Assembly: GCA_001796285.1 (NCBI GenBank)
Contig: MGMD01000001.1
Location: 74,143 to 138,142, forward strand
DNA length: 64,000 nt
Direction: 5' to 3'
Origin: Chlamydiae bacterium RIFCSPLOWO2_12_FULL_45_20
GTDB taxonomy: Bacteria; Chlamydiota; Chlamydiia; Chlamydiales; SM23-39
Below are positions 50,288 to 58,493 of this stretch, in pieces; the stretch's first letter is position 1; the number at the start of each line of letters is the position of its first letter. The notes below the pieces were generated by a model. The model ran no database searches and had not been told where the DNA came from. It saw nothing but the letters and a program-made list of their open reading frames with translations. The translations under genes and the position numbers were made by a program.

Positions 50288-51925
50288 TTACTTAAACCGA
50301 ACGATACTGAAAAAATGGTCGGAGAAGGTGATCCTTTTCTGCAGATTTACAATGTACTCGTCCCGTTCTTTGTAATAATCTAAAAGCTTTCCCGATTCAT
50401 TGTAAACAGCAGCTTCTCGCGCAGCTGATTGAAGTGTTATGCCGTTACCCACGATCACTTGATCGAGGGCGTTTGGATCCATAATCCCGTCTTTGGAAAT
50501 ACGTGGAGAAAAAGGTCCCTCAGAGCGTCCAATAAAACTGTTCCAAGCAATGGGAGTCGGCGCATAATAGTCTGTTTCTCGGAAATCTTTACTGCCGGTG
50601 AATAGTTCGCGCAATCTCTCTACGTATTTGTCTCCCCCCAACTGTTCAAAAACATTCAAGTCTCCCCCGATCACAAATCGCTGTTCATTAGGAGCATCTT
50701 GAAAAAATCGGGTTGCAAATTCATGAATTTTGGCTGCTGTTCTCGCATAAATGTCATTTTGAATTTTATGATCTGTATGCGTAGAAAAAATAGTAAATAT
50801 CTCATTTGTATGGGTATTGCGTACTCTCACGCCTAGAATCTTGCGAACGCTTCCTGATTCAGTGGGTAGATCTCCCAAATCTACCTTGAGAATTTCCAGA
50901 TCACGGCTTAAGGCTAAGGTTGAAGTGAATCCTGTCGCCTCTCCCAATACCTCTTCTTGTCGAGGTGCTAGGGTCATTTTTCCAGAAACATGGTTAAAAG
51001 AGATCCATTGAAGATCCCTATCTGCCAGTGTTTGCTTCAAATCGCTCAATGCTTGTGGCGTAACTTCTTGCAGGGCTAGAAAATAAGGTGAATTCGGCGA
51101 TACGGAAATTACTTTATCGATCATTTGTTTGAATACGTCGGTTCTCATATCCCAAGTCAAAGGGGGGCCGATCAACTCAGATTTGTTTTCTAATAGGGAT
51201 TGAAGAGCTTCCTTGGGATTCTCTCTTATGATCTTCGCAGCATTATCTACAGTCTGTTCTGCCCGATTTGTACATTGGATCAATCGTGCGATTAGCACTT
51301 CATATCGCCCTTCTAATGTAGGAATTTTTTGAATGATCTCTTGACTCCAGATCAAAGTTTCTTGACTTGCCTTTTCTAATGAGATTTCTAAGGATTGGCC
51401 GTCTAAGAGACGATTCTGTACGCGCATGGCGAAGTACTTAGAAATCATTTGAGAAAATGGTAATCGCTCGAGTCTATAAAGAGAGATATCATTAAATTCT
51501 TCTGGAGACAGAGGAAAGGGGATGCTCGAATCTTTTGAATAAGCTTCAATCCAGTCAAAAAGTTTCTTTTTTTGTGCTAGCTCTTGATCTTCGGGGTAAA
51601 GAATATTTCCATAAATGCCTACTACTTGATCGGAACTGGTTTCTAAAGGCAAGGGGGCATCGATATGGTTAGCGGAAGAGGGGCGAATATAAGCTGCTTG
51701 TTCTTGGAACGCGCTTACGGAAGTGCTCGCAGGTTGCAGCATTGGCGGTGCAGCTAATAGAAGCTTCATTCTGCGGACAGAAGCCCTCTGAGAAGAGAAG
51801 GTGTCTTCAGACGAAATCGTGGGTGAACTTTTAATATGATTGTAAGAAGGTGCACTTGCAGGGAGAGCGATTGGAGCAGAGAGCAATGATAGTGTCAGTA
51901 AAGCAGAAATTTTTTGGTCTGACAT
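50288..51925 (-). CDS. endonuclease/exonuclease/phosphatase (EEP) family protein with signal peptide and ~270-aa N-terminal extension
   Basis: FLALQEV, FSTHTDH, IGGDLNVF and FSDHFF are EEP catalytic motifs in the C-terminal half. The N-terminus is ALLTLSLLSAPIALPASA. Confidence 0.75.
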   Translation of the reverse strand: MSDQKISALLTLSLLSAPIALPASAPSYNHIKSSPTISSEDTFSSQRASVRRMKLLLAAPPMLQPASTSVSAFQEQAAYIRPSSANHIDAPLPLETSSDQVVGIYGNILYPEDQELAQKKKLFDWIEAYSKDSSIPFPLSPEEFNDISLYRLERLPFSQMISKYFAMRVQNRLLDGQSLEISLEKASQETLIWSQEIIQKIPTLEGRYEVLIARLIQCTNRAEQTVDNAAKIIRENPKEALQSLLENKSELIGPPLTWDMRTDVFKQMIDKVISVSPNSPYFLALQEVTPQALSDLKQTLADRDLQWISFNHVSGKMTLAPRQEEVLGEATGFTSTLALSRDLEILKVDLGDLPTESGSVRKILGVRVRNTHTNEIFTIFSTHTDHKIQNDIYARTAAKIHEFATRFFQDAPNEQRFVIGGDLNVFEQLGGDKYVERLRELFTGSKDFRETDYYAPTPIAWNSFIGRSEGPFSPRISKDGIMDPNALDQVIVGNGITLQSAAREAAVYNESGKLLDYYKERDEYIVNLQKRITFSDHFFSIVRFK

Positions 51926-52088
51926 AAAAAAAATTTCTCCAATTTGTGGCTTATATACCAGATAGGATGCGTTATTTTTCTATTAATTTCAATTTAATTA
52001 ATAATTATATCTATCAACATTAAACTTATTTTCATTATCGTTGTTTTATTCCAGATTATATTAACATCCGATTGTTTAAAATTCATAG

Positions 52089-52120
52089 TTCGACTTTGTA
52101 CATTTTTTGGACAAAGTCGA
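52089..52120. repeat. hairpin TCGACTTTGT-(11 nt)-ACAAAGTCGA containing copy 2 of the 21-nt motif
   Basis: The 10-bp perfect stem was read directly. The 21 nt at 52090-52110 are identical to 5779-5799. Confidence 0.7.
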
Positions 52121-52135
52121 GGTGAGTCAGCGAAG

Positions 52136-52300
52136 ATGAAAGATAAGCGAATTCTTATATCAGGTGCTGGAATTGCTGGTTTTACACTGGCTTACTGGTT
52201 AAAACAACGAGGTTTTTCGCCAACTATTATCGAAAGATGTCCTTTCCTTATGAGAAAGTGGGCGAAAAATATATCTAGGATTGATGGATCATTCTTCTAA
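52136..52300 (+). pseudogene. N-terminal fragment of an FAD monooxygenase (duplicate of the 54193 gene start), frameshifted
   Basis: From about 14 nt upstream of the ATG to ..GTGGGCG, the sequence matches 54179-54315. By my count there are 3 substitutions and one 4-nt insertion between the ATG and GTGGGCG. It reads MKDKRILISGAGIAGFTLAYWLKQRGFSPTIIERCP and then goes out of frame. Confidence 0.75.
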
Positions 52301-53086
52301 AGAAAACAGCTTCATAAAAAGATAGCATAAAGTGTTATTTAGGATGTGCGCTGCGACAGGCGCTTCAATTCCATAATTTGCAACCAGATAACCATACAGA
52401 AGACCGCTGAAAGTTGTAAGAACTGCTTGAGTTATAGCCCCTTCGTGCGGATTGAAAGCATGCGCTAGCCCAAATACTACTGACGAGGGAACTAATCCAA
52501 CTATTGTTTGCCCGATGTAGCGAAACATAAGCTCCTCGATAATTGGGCCTAATAAACCAACATCTATGATGCCAAGTTTTTTTATTGATTTTGCATATTC
52601 TGAATTTTTACTGGGCATTTCTGTTGGTATTTTTAATGTTTTTAAGATTCTGTGAATGAATGCCCTGGGGACCATTTCAGCCATCCACGCTAAGCAACCC
52701 ATCCTGAAAGATAGTGAATAATAAGCGCCTACCCCAATAACAGATAAATTTGGCAAACATTGCCCTATTTTTTTTAAGGCCCTTATAGGGTGGGTCAGCA
52801 CGTTTTGCATACATCGATCTGGGATTTCTTCGACTATCTTGCTTGAAAGTGCGGCCCATCTCTTTTGGGTAGATTTGAGATTTTTTTTGAAAGTAACTAT
52901 TCGCTTTTTTCTAAAATTTTTTTTAGTATATATCAGTAATTTTTTTAAATCAGAGTTAATTTCATGAATTAGGTTTGGGCAAGAACTACAGCAAAAACTC
53001 TCTTTTTTTGAAATTTTGCTTTGAAAATGGTTAATTTTATAATTAACATAATTTATTTTTAATGTTTGATTCGTTCGTATTGACAT
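52289..53086 (-). CDS. CPBP-family intramembrane glutamic endopeptidase (CAAX protease/Abi type) with ~130-aa N-terminal extension
   Basis: It has IIEELMFRY (EExxxR), FGLAHAF (FxxxH) and AHILNN (HxxxN). The N-terminal part contains CCSSCPN. Confidence 0.8.
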   Translation of the reverse strand: MSIRTNQTLKINYVNYKINHFQSKISKKESFCCSSCPNLIHEINSDLKKLLIYTKKNFRKKRIVTFKKNLKSTQKRWAALSSKIVEEIPDRCMQNVLTHPIRALKKIGQCLPNLSVIGVGAYYSLSFRMGCLAWMAEMVPRAFIHRILKTLKIPTEMPSKNSEYAKSIKKLGIIDVGLLGPIIEELMFRYIGQTIVGLVPSSVVFGLAHAFNPHEGAITQAVLTTFSGLLYGYLVANYGIEAPVAAHILNNTLCYLFMKLFSLEE

Positions 53087-53372
53087 ATTTACATTCTTAA
53101 ATAAAATATTTACATATATTATATGATATTTTTTTGTAAATTAAAATAAAAATCTTTATTTTAATAATTTGGTTAAGTCTTATTTTTTGCTACGTTTTTT
53201 AATTGTGGGATAACCACTCTTTTAGCCTTGCCTGCCTACCTGGACGCTGAACAACGACTCAGAATGGCCTTCCTAAAAGGACGCAAATTTTCTCTGTTTT
53301 GAAGTTTGTTAGCTCAACGCCCTTTCTAAAAATCATTACGGTTTAGCGGAAGAAGATTCAAAAATCATATGC

Positions 53373-53990
53373 TCAATTTTGTTCAAGTTTATCTTTGAGA
53401 AACTGAAAGGAACCAGATAGGGCTTGTAACATTTGTTCAATTAGGGTTGGAAAAGCTTGGATGCGTCGCTGCAAGTCTTCTTTCGTCCAAGGATAGATTC
53501 CCATATCTGTAAGGAATTGAATTGCAGAAAGGATAAACTCTGCGCACTCGAGAGGATTTTTTGTTTTGAAAATTCCCTCATCACAACCTTGTTGGATTAT
53601 TTCTGCATATAGCGGAGCTTGTTTCATCAAAATAGCGGCAAGGAGTCGGCTGTGCAAGACATCATTAGCGGGTGTATGGAGCTGCTCTACTATTTTTTCA
53701 TTCTCTTGGGAAATATTTCCTGCATTTACCAAAAGCTGGATTTTTTCTAGGGCGTTTTTTGGAGAATTCTTTATCAGAGCTGCCATTTGTTTAACCTTTT
53801 TTTCAACGATGTCTTCGATGACTGCCTCAAACAGAGCTTCCTTGGATTTAAAATAGTGATATATAGTGCCTTTAGCAATTTCTAAGGCATCCATGATGTC
53901 GGCCATGGTTGTTTTCTCATAGTCTTTAGTTAGGAACAGGTTTCGAGCAACCTTCAAAATCTCTTCTCTGCGATTTACAAGCTTTGTCAC
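53373..53990 (-). CDS. TetR/AcrR-family transcriptional regulator
   Basis: The N-terminal HTH is ..YEKTTMADIMDALEIAKGTIYHYFKSKEALF. Confidence 0.9.
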   Translation of the reverse strand: MTKLVNRREEILKVARNLFLTKDYEKTTMADIMDALEIAKGTIYHYFKSKEALFEAVIEDIVEKKVKQMAALIKNSPKNALEKIQLLVNAGNISQENEKIVEQLHTPANDVLHSRLLAAILMKQAPLYAEIIQQGCDEGIFKTKNPLECAEFILSAIQFLTDMGIYPWTKEDLQRRIQAFPTLIEQMLQALSGSFQFLKDKLEQN

Positions 53991-54021
53991 GGGTTCATCC
54001 TTTTTTATAGTGAATCATAAC

Positions 54022-54044
54022 ACTTGACCGACCGTCGGTCAAGT
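54022..54044. promoter_or_regulatory. candidate TetR operator: 11-1-11 perfect palindrome ACTTGACCGAC-C-GTCGGTCAAGT
   Basis: Read directly. It lies in the divergent intergenic region between the TetR gene (start 53990) and the monooxygenase gene. Confidence 0.5.
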
Positions 54045-54192
54045 ATTATGATACTGTCAATTAATTGATTATTTACGTGAAAAGGCAAGTATGTTCATGA
54101 AAAATTTTTTAGCATTTGTTATGACTGTGCTTCCGATCATGAACTTAGCCTCTGTAGAGGTACAAACAGAACAATATTGTGAGGCAGTGAAG

Positions 54193-55389
54193 ATGAAAGA
54201 TAAGCGAATTCTTATATCAGGTGCTGGAATTGCTGGTTTTACGCTGGCTTACTGGTTAAAACAACGAGGTTTTTCGCCAACTATTATAGAAAGATGTCCT
54301 TATGAGAGAGTGGGCGGATATAAAGTTGACGTGCGTGGCACAGCTCTTGAAGTTGCGAGAAGGATGGGGATTTATCAAGAGCTCTTAGAAGCTAATGTGA
54401 ACCTTGTACGGTCAAAATTTGTTTCTTCTGATCACAAAGTCTTTGCATTTGATGGAGATATCTTAGGTCTCTCTTCAGAAGGAGAAATAGAAGTCAATCG
54501 ATGGAATCTTGTCCAAATCTTGTCTAAAAAAATAGGTGAGGGTGAGATCATTTATGGTGATTCCATTATAAAGATAGATGAAAAGATGGTGTATTTTGAG
54601 AAGATGGAACCGAGAGAGTTTGACATTGTAATTGGAGCTGATGGGCAATACTCGAATGTGAGACGATTGGCTTTTGGAGAAGATTCAAAATTCTTAAGAA
54701 AATACGGTATTCAGTTTTGCGTCTTTCCCATTCCAAACATTTTTGAACTTGAGCGTTGTGAAATTGTTTATTTTGATAAGGGAAAGTTAGCTACAGCTTA
54801 TGCCATAAGGAATCACTCTTATGCATGTCTTGCGTTTAAATCTGAAGATGAGACACTTCCTTTTGGTAATTTAAAAGCAGTATTTGAAAAGCAGTTTCAA
54901 GGTTTGGATTGGGAAATTCCTCACCTTATCTCTCTAATGCAAGAGAGTAACGATTGCTATTTTAATTCCATCGCTCAAGTGAGAATGCCCCGTTGGTCTA
55001 AAGGACGGGTTGCTCTTATTGGAGATGCAGCTCATTCAGTTCAAGGGATGGGAACAAGCCTTGCTATGGTTGGGGCTTACATTTTAGCAAGAGAAATTGA
55101 AAAATCAAATGGAGATCATGCTCTTGCTTTTGATAAGTATGAAAAAACTATGAAAGAATATGTTGAGGTTGCACAAGCACTTGCTGAAGCTAATCAACAG
55201 GCCTTTACGGAATCTTCAGTGCGTATGAAGTTTCAACTCTATTTAATGAAAATTTTACCTAAAAAATTCACTCAATATTTCATTGAAAAGAGAAGAAAGC
55301 AAATGAAAGAAGTAGCTAATGGTTTGATTTTAGAACCAATACCCTCCTGTAGATTAGCTGCGCCCGAGCGGCTTACATCTCGGCCGTGA
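54193..55389 (+). CDS. FAD-dependent aromatic-ring-hydroxylase-type monooxygenase (3' end replaced by intron-related sequence)
   Basis: It has ILISGAGIAGFTLAYWL (GxGxxG), IGADGQYSNVR (DG motif) and LIGDAAHS (GD motif). I chose the ATG at 54193, which is also where the 52136 duplicate starts. The last ~19 codons lie in the 62-nt repeat. Confidence 0.85.
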   Translation: MKDKRILISGAGIAGFTLAYWLKQRGFSPTIIERCPYERVGGYKVDVRGTALEVARRMGIYQELLEANVNLVRSKFVSSDHKVFAFDGDILGLSSEGEIEVNRWNLVQILSKKIGEGEIIYGDSIIKIDEKMVYFEKMEPREFDIVIGADGQYSNVRRLAFGEDSKFLRKYGIQFCVFPIPNIFELERCEIVYFDKGKLATAYAIRNHSYACLAFKSEDETLPFGNLKAVFEKQFQGLDWEIPHLISLMQESNDCYFNSIAQVRMPRWSKGRVALIGDAAHSVQGMGTSLAMVGAYILAREIEKSNGDHALAFDKYEKTMKEYVEVAQALAEANQQAFTESSVRMKFQLYLMKILPKKFTQYFIEKRRKQMKEVANGLILEPIPSCRLAAPERLTSRP

Positions 55390-55555
55390 ACGGCCGAGTT
55401 TTTCGCTGTCAACGGATAAAACGGGAAAGGGAAAAGATGAGAAAAAAAATGGTAGCCGGAGATGATATGAGCCTTAAGAAAGGCTTGAGCCGTATGATGG
55501 GAAACTATCACGTACGGCTCTTAGAGGAGGAAACTGGGGCACCTAGTTTCCTTAC
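55332..55555 (+). mobile_element. ORF-less mini group II intron derivative (5'-region-like segment plus domain V and VI)
   Basis: 55487-55520, GAGCCGTATGATGGGAAACTATCACGTACGGCTC, is a textbook 34-nt domain V with the AGC triad, a GAAA tetraloop and an AC bulge. A DVI-like stem ending ..TTTCCTTAC follows. Upstream, TGCGCCCGAG.. resembles the GUGCGCCC intron 5' end. Confidence 0.65.
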
Positions 55556-55632
55556 TCAACTTTTGATTGGAATAAATTGAATACTTCTATACTTCTTCCT
55601 TTAAGGACAGGAAGAAAATTAAGGAGTATTGA

Positions 55633-55968
55633 GTGAAAACTTTATTATTTGCAACTTTCTTAAAGCCTGGAATGTTGAATGCTTATAAACAATTTACTGC
55701 AGAAATTACAGGGCCTCGTAAAGCAGAGTATAAGGAATTGCTGAAACGGTATGGGCTAAAAACAGTCAAAGTTTGGCATGAAAATCTTGCAGGAAAAGAT
55801 TATGTAATGATCGTACATGATGCAGAAGATGATGCTCTTGAAAGATTGAAAAATTGGATATCTTCTACACATCCATTTGATCTTTGGTTTGGTGATCATC
55901 TGAATAAATGTTATGAAAAATTCCCAGAGCCCTCTCATTTGCTATTCAAATTTGATCTTGGTAATTAA
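55633..55968 (+). CDS. hypothetical small protein (111 aa)
   Basis: GTG start preceded by AAGGAG. No motif I can name. Confidence 0.5.
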   Translation: MKTLLFATFLKPGMLNAYKQFTAEITGPRKAEYKELLKRYGLKTVKVWHENLAGKDYVMIVHDAEDDALERLKNWISSTHPFDLWFGDHLNKCYEKFPEPSHLLFKFDLGN

Positions 55969-55973
55969 GACCT

Positions 55974-56324
55974 CTATTTTCCTTCCTCAAGGCAGCGAGT
56001 ATCATAGATAAGATCAATCTTTGAAATGCGTCCTTCTTTAAAGCTTAGGAGCGAGGCTGCGCGCAAATTTTTGGCAAAACCAGGGATTTCTACGTCATAA
56101 ACAATCATCGCTTGATCTTCGGAGCCAAATTTTGCGTGAATTGTTAAAGTTTTAAAGATGCCAGTGAATCCTTGTGCCGCTGTAAGAACAGCCTCCTTTC
56201 CGATTACTTTTTCCTGTGGGTCCGTAAATTGAATATCAGGATGCAGATATTTTTTCACTTCCTCCATATTTTTCTGTCCAAGCGCTGTGTAATAGGCTAC
56301 TGCTGTAGAAATTGTGCTTTTCAT
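55974..56324 (-). CDS. NTF2-like / SnoaL-like small protein
   Basis: 116 aa. The pattern ..AYYTALGQKNMEEVKKYLHPDIQF..P...V.GKEAV.. is typical of SnoaL/ketosteroid-isomerase-like folds. Confidence 0.65.
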   Translation of the reverse strand: MKSTISTAVAYYTALGQKNMEEVKKYLHPDIQFTDPQEKVIGKEAVLTAAQGFTGIFKTLTIHAKFGSEDQAMIVYDVEIPGFAKNLRAASLLSFKEGRISKIDLIYDTRCLEEGK

Positions 56325-56381
56325 AGCTATCTCCTTTTTGTTTTTGACAAATCGAATTAATTATAGTAAACTATATCCAAT

Positions 56382-57032
56382 ATGTCAAAGATCAAAAAAA
56401 GACCTTACAATTCCGTAGCCAGAAATGCAGGGGCAGCTCAGACGAAAGAGCGTATTCTTCTTGCCGCAAAGAATCTTTTTGAGTCAGAAGGATTTGAATG
56501 TGTGACAATTGAAAAGATAGCTCAAGTTGCTAACGTTTCCATACCCACTATTTACTCACTTTTTCAGTCTAAAAGGGGCATGCTTCGAGCTTTAATGGAC
56601 GAAGTTTTTCCCAAAGATCAGTTTGATACTCTTGTTGAAAAGAGTAATAAAGCAAGCTCTCCAAAAGAACGTCTTCTTTACTCTGCTAAAATTGCACGTC
56701 AAATATACGATGCAGAGAAGGCTCAAATGGCGGTTTTTCGAGGCGCTGTTGTTTTAGCACCTGAGTTCAAAGAACTTGAAAAGGAAAGAGAAATGCGTCG
56801 ATACGCCAGGCAGGAAGTAACTATAAAGGCGATGGCAAAAGAAAAATCGCTTTCTAAAAACCTCAGTGTAAGTAAGGCTCGAGATGTCTTATGGGCATTT
56901 ACAGGTCGTGATATATACCGTATGTTAGCAGTGGAACAAGGCTGGACATCTGAAGAATATGAACAATGGCTTGCCCAACTACTTGTCAATACGTTGATAG
57001 ATCACAGAATAGAAGAGCTAAAACTAGGATGA
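56382..57032 (+). CDS. TetR/AcrR-family transcriptional regulator
   Basis: The HTH is FECVTIEKIAQVANVSIPTIYSLFQSKRGML. Confidence 0.85.
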   Translation: MSKIKKRPYNSVARNAGAAQTKERILLAAKNLFESEGFECVTIEKIAQVANVSIPTIYSLFQSKRGMLRALMDEVFPKDQFDTLVEKSNKASSPKERLLYSAKIARQIYDAEKAQMAVFRGAVVLAPEFKELEKEREMRRYARQEVTIKAMAKEKSLSKNLSVSKARDVLWAFTGRDIYRMLAVEQGWTSEEYEQWLAQLLVNTLIDHRIEELKLG

Positions 57033-57123
57033 ATGACTTATGCAAATTTAATTTGATAGGCCAGACTTTATCCACTGTGTCAAGCTGTCATAGATAAAAA
57101 GAGTAAAAACGGAAGAAGGAAAG

Positions 57124-57939
57124 TTGAGTATGGTGCATAGATTAGCGGGTAAAGTAGCTCTTATCACTGGAGCAGCTCAAGGGATAGGGAAAGCTTGTGC
57201 AGAGCTATTTGTAAAAGAAGGTGCATTTGTTTTTATCACCGATATCAATGATGACTTAGGTAAAAGAGCTGCTTTGGAAATCGGTCCTCAGGCTCAATAC
57301 CTCCATCTAGATGTGCAAAATAAAAATGATTGGGAGGTAGCTATTGGGGAAGTCATTAAGCAAAAAAAACAGTTGGATATCCTCGTCAACAATGCTGGCA
57401 TTACAGGGTTTCAAGAGGGCTTTGGATTACAAGACCCAGAAAATGCTTCTTTGGAAAGCTGGCGAAAGGTACATGCAGTCAATTCAGATGGGGTTTTTCT
57501 TGGTTGTCAGAAGGCAATTCAGCACATGAAGCAGCGCAAAGGCTCCATAGTAAATATCTCTTCTCGCTCTGGTATGGTTGGAATTCCTGGAGCGGCTGCT
57601 TATGCAGCTAGTAAAGCAGCTGTTCGCAATCATACGAAAAGTGTCGCTCTTTACTGTTGTGAGAAAGGATATGATATTCGTTGCAACTCTATCCACCCCG
57701 CCGCTATTTTGACGCCTATGTGGGAACCAATGCTGGGTAGTGGAGTAGAAAGGGAAGGAAGATTGACTCAGATTGCCAAGGAGATTCCAATGCGTAGGCT
57801 GGGAACACCTGAAGATATAGCATATGCAGCACTTTTCTTAGCTTCCGATGAAGCAAAATATATTACTGGTGTCGAGTTGACCGTGGATGGGGGCATTCTT
57901 GCTGGAAGTAGTGCATCTCCTAAAAAGGAGGGCGATTAA
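57124..57939 (+). CDS. short-chain dehydrogenase/reductase (classical SDR)
   Basis: It has TGAAQGIGKA (TGxxxGIG), NNAG and YAASKAAV (YxxxK). The start is TTG at 57124 or ATG at 57130. Confidence 0.9.
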   Translation: MSMVHRLAGKVALITGAAQGIGKACAELFVKEGAFVFITDINDDLGKRAALEIGPQAQYLHLDVQNKNDWEVAIGEVIKQKKQLDILVNNAGITGFQEGFGLQDPENASLESWRKVHAVNSDGVFLGCQKAIQHMKQRKGSIVNISSRSGMVGIPGAAAYAASKAAVRNHTKSVALYCCEKGYDIRCNSIHPAAILTPMWEPMLGSGVEREGRLTQIAKEIPMRRLGTPEDIAYAALFLASDEAKYITGVELTVDGGILAGSSASPKKEGD

Positions 57940-57987
57940 ATTGGGGTACGCGTTCACGGGGGGCAGGGGGTAGTATTAAAATCTTTC

Positions 57988-58284
57988 ATGATGTACACCC
58001 TTCCGACCATGGAAGACGAGTCACAAATCCATTGGAAGGAACGCTACTTCGAGTTGCTTAAAAAAGTTGAGGCGCTCGAGGCTGAGGTTAAGCGACTGCG
58101 CGAGCTGCTTGAGACTAACTCCAAAAACAGTTCCAAGCCCCCATCCCAAGATCCATATTCCGGTCAAAGAGACGAACCGAACCCTCTGGCCCCGCAAACA
58201 GGGGGCAGCCAGGCCACCCCGGCCATAGCAGGACTCTTGTGCCACCTGGCCAAGTAACCAAAATGGTTGACCTCTTTCCCTTTC
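57988..58284 (+). pseudogene. IS66-family transposase, N-terminal remnant (frameshifted, truncated)
   Basis: The coiled coil ..LEAEVKRLRELLETNSKNSSKPPSQD matches the IS66 TnpC N-terminus. The GQPGHPGHSRTLVPP motif continues in another frame. The sequence ends exactly where repeat copy A begins. Confidence 0.75.
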
Positions 58285-58410
58285 ATCCAGTCTAGTGCGT
58301 AAATACTGCATAATTGAGCTTTACGCAGCTGAATTCAGGTTGTATGTCTATGAAAACAAAAGGCTTCAGTCGTGAAACTGAAGCCTTAATTTTGATTGGA
58401 GGTGGAGAGA
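58285..58410. repeat. copy A of the tmRNA 3'-end/downstream-flank repeat (126 nt)
   Basis: It aligns with 59432-59570 apart from a handful of substitutions and one 13-nt indel. It ends with TGGAGGTGGAGAGA, the complement of the last 12 nt of the tmRNA (59559-59570), and includes a copy of the terminator hairpin. Confidence 0.85.
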
Positions 58411-58493
58411 CGCATTCAGAACTTTTTCCTGGAGGGGTTTTCCCATTTCAGCTACGATTTTCTCTAAAAAATTAAGTTCAAAGGAAGTGGGTT

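Noticed and set aside
54091-54192. A 34-codon hydrophobic N-terminal extension of the monooxygenase ORF that looks like a signal peptide.
   Set aside because: The Rossmann GxGxxG normally sits at the extreme N-terminus. The duplicated fragment at 52136 conserves sequence only from about 14 nt upstream of the internal ATG. The upstream ATG is therefore probably not used.
54193-55389. Calling the FAD monooxygenase a Tet(X)-type tetracycline destructase.
   Set aside because: Only the generic flavoprotein hydroxylase motifs (GxGxxG, DG, GD) are visible. They are shared by many families (UbiH, PheA, Rox, TetX). A substrate-level call needs phylogeny or assay.
55386-55580. 64-aa ORF (..SRMMGNYHVRLLEEETGAPSF..).
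   Set aside because: This is a translation across group II intron domain V/VI RNA. The GNYHVR-type peptide is a familiar artefact of translating DV. It is not a protein gene.
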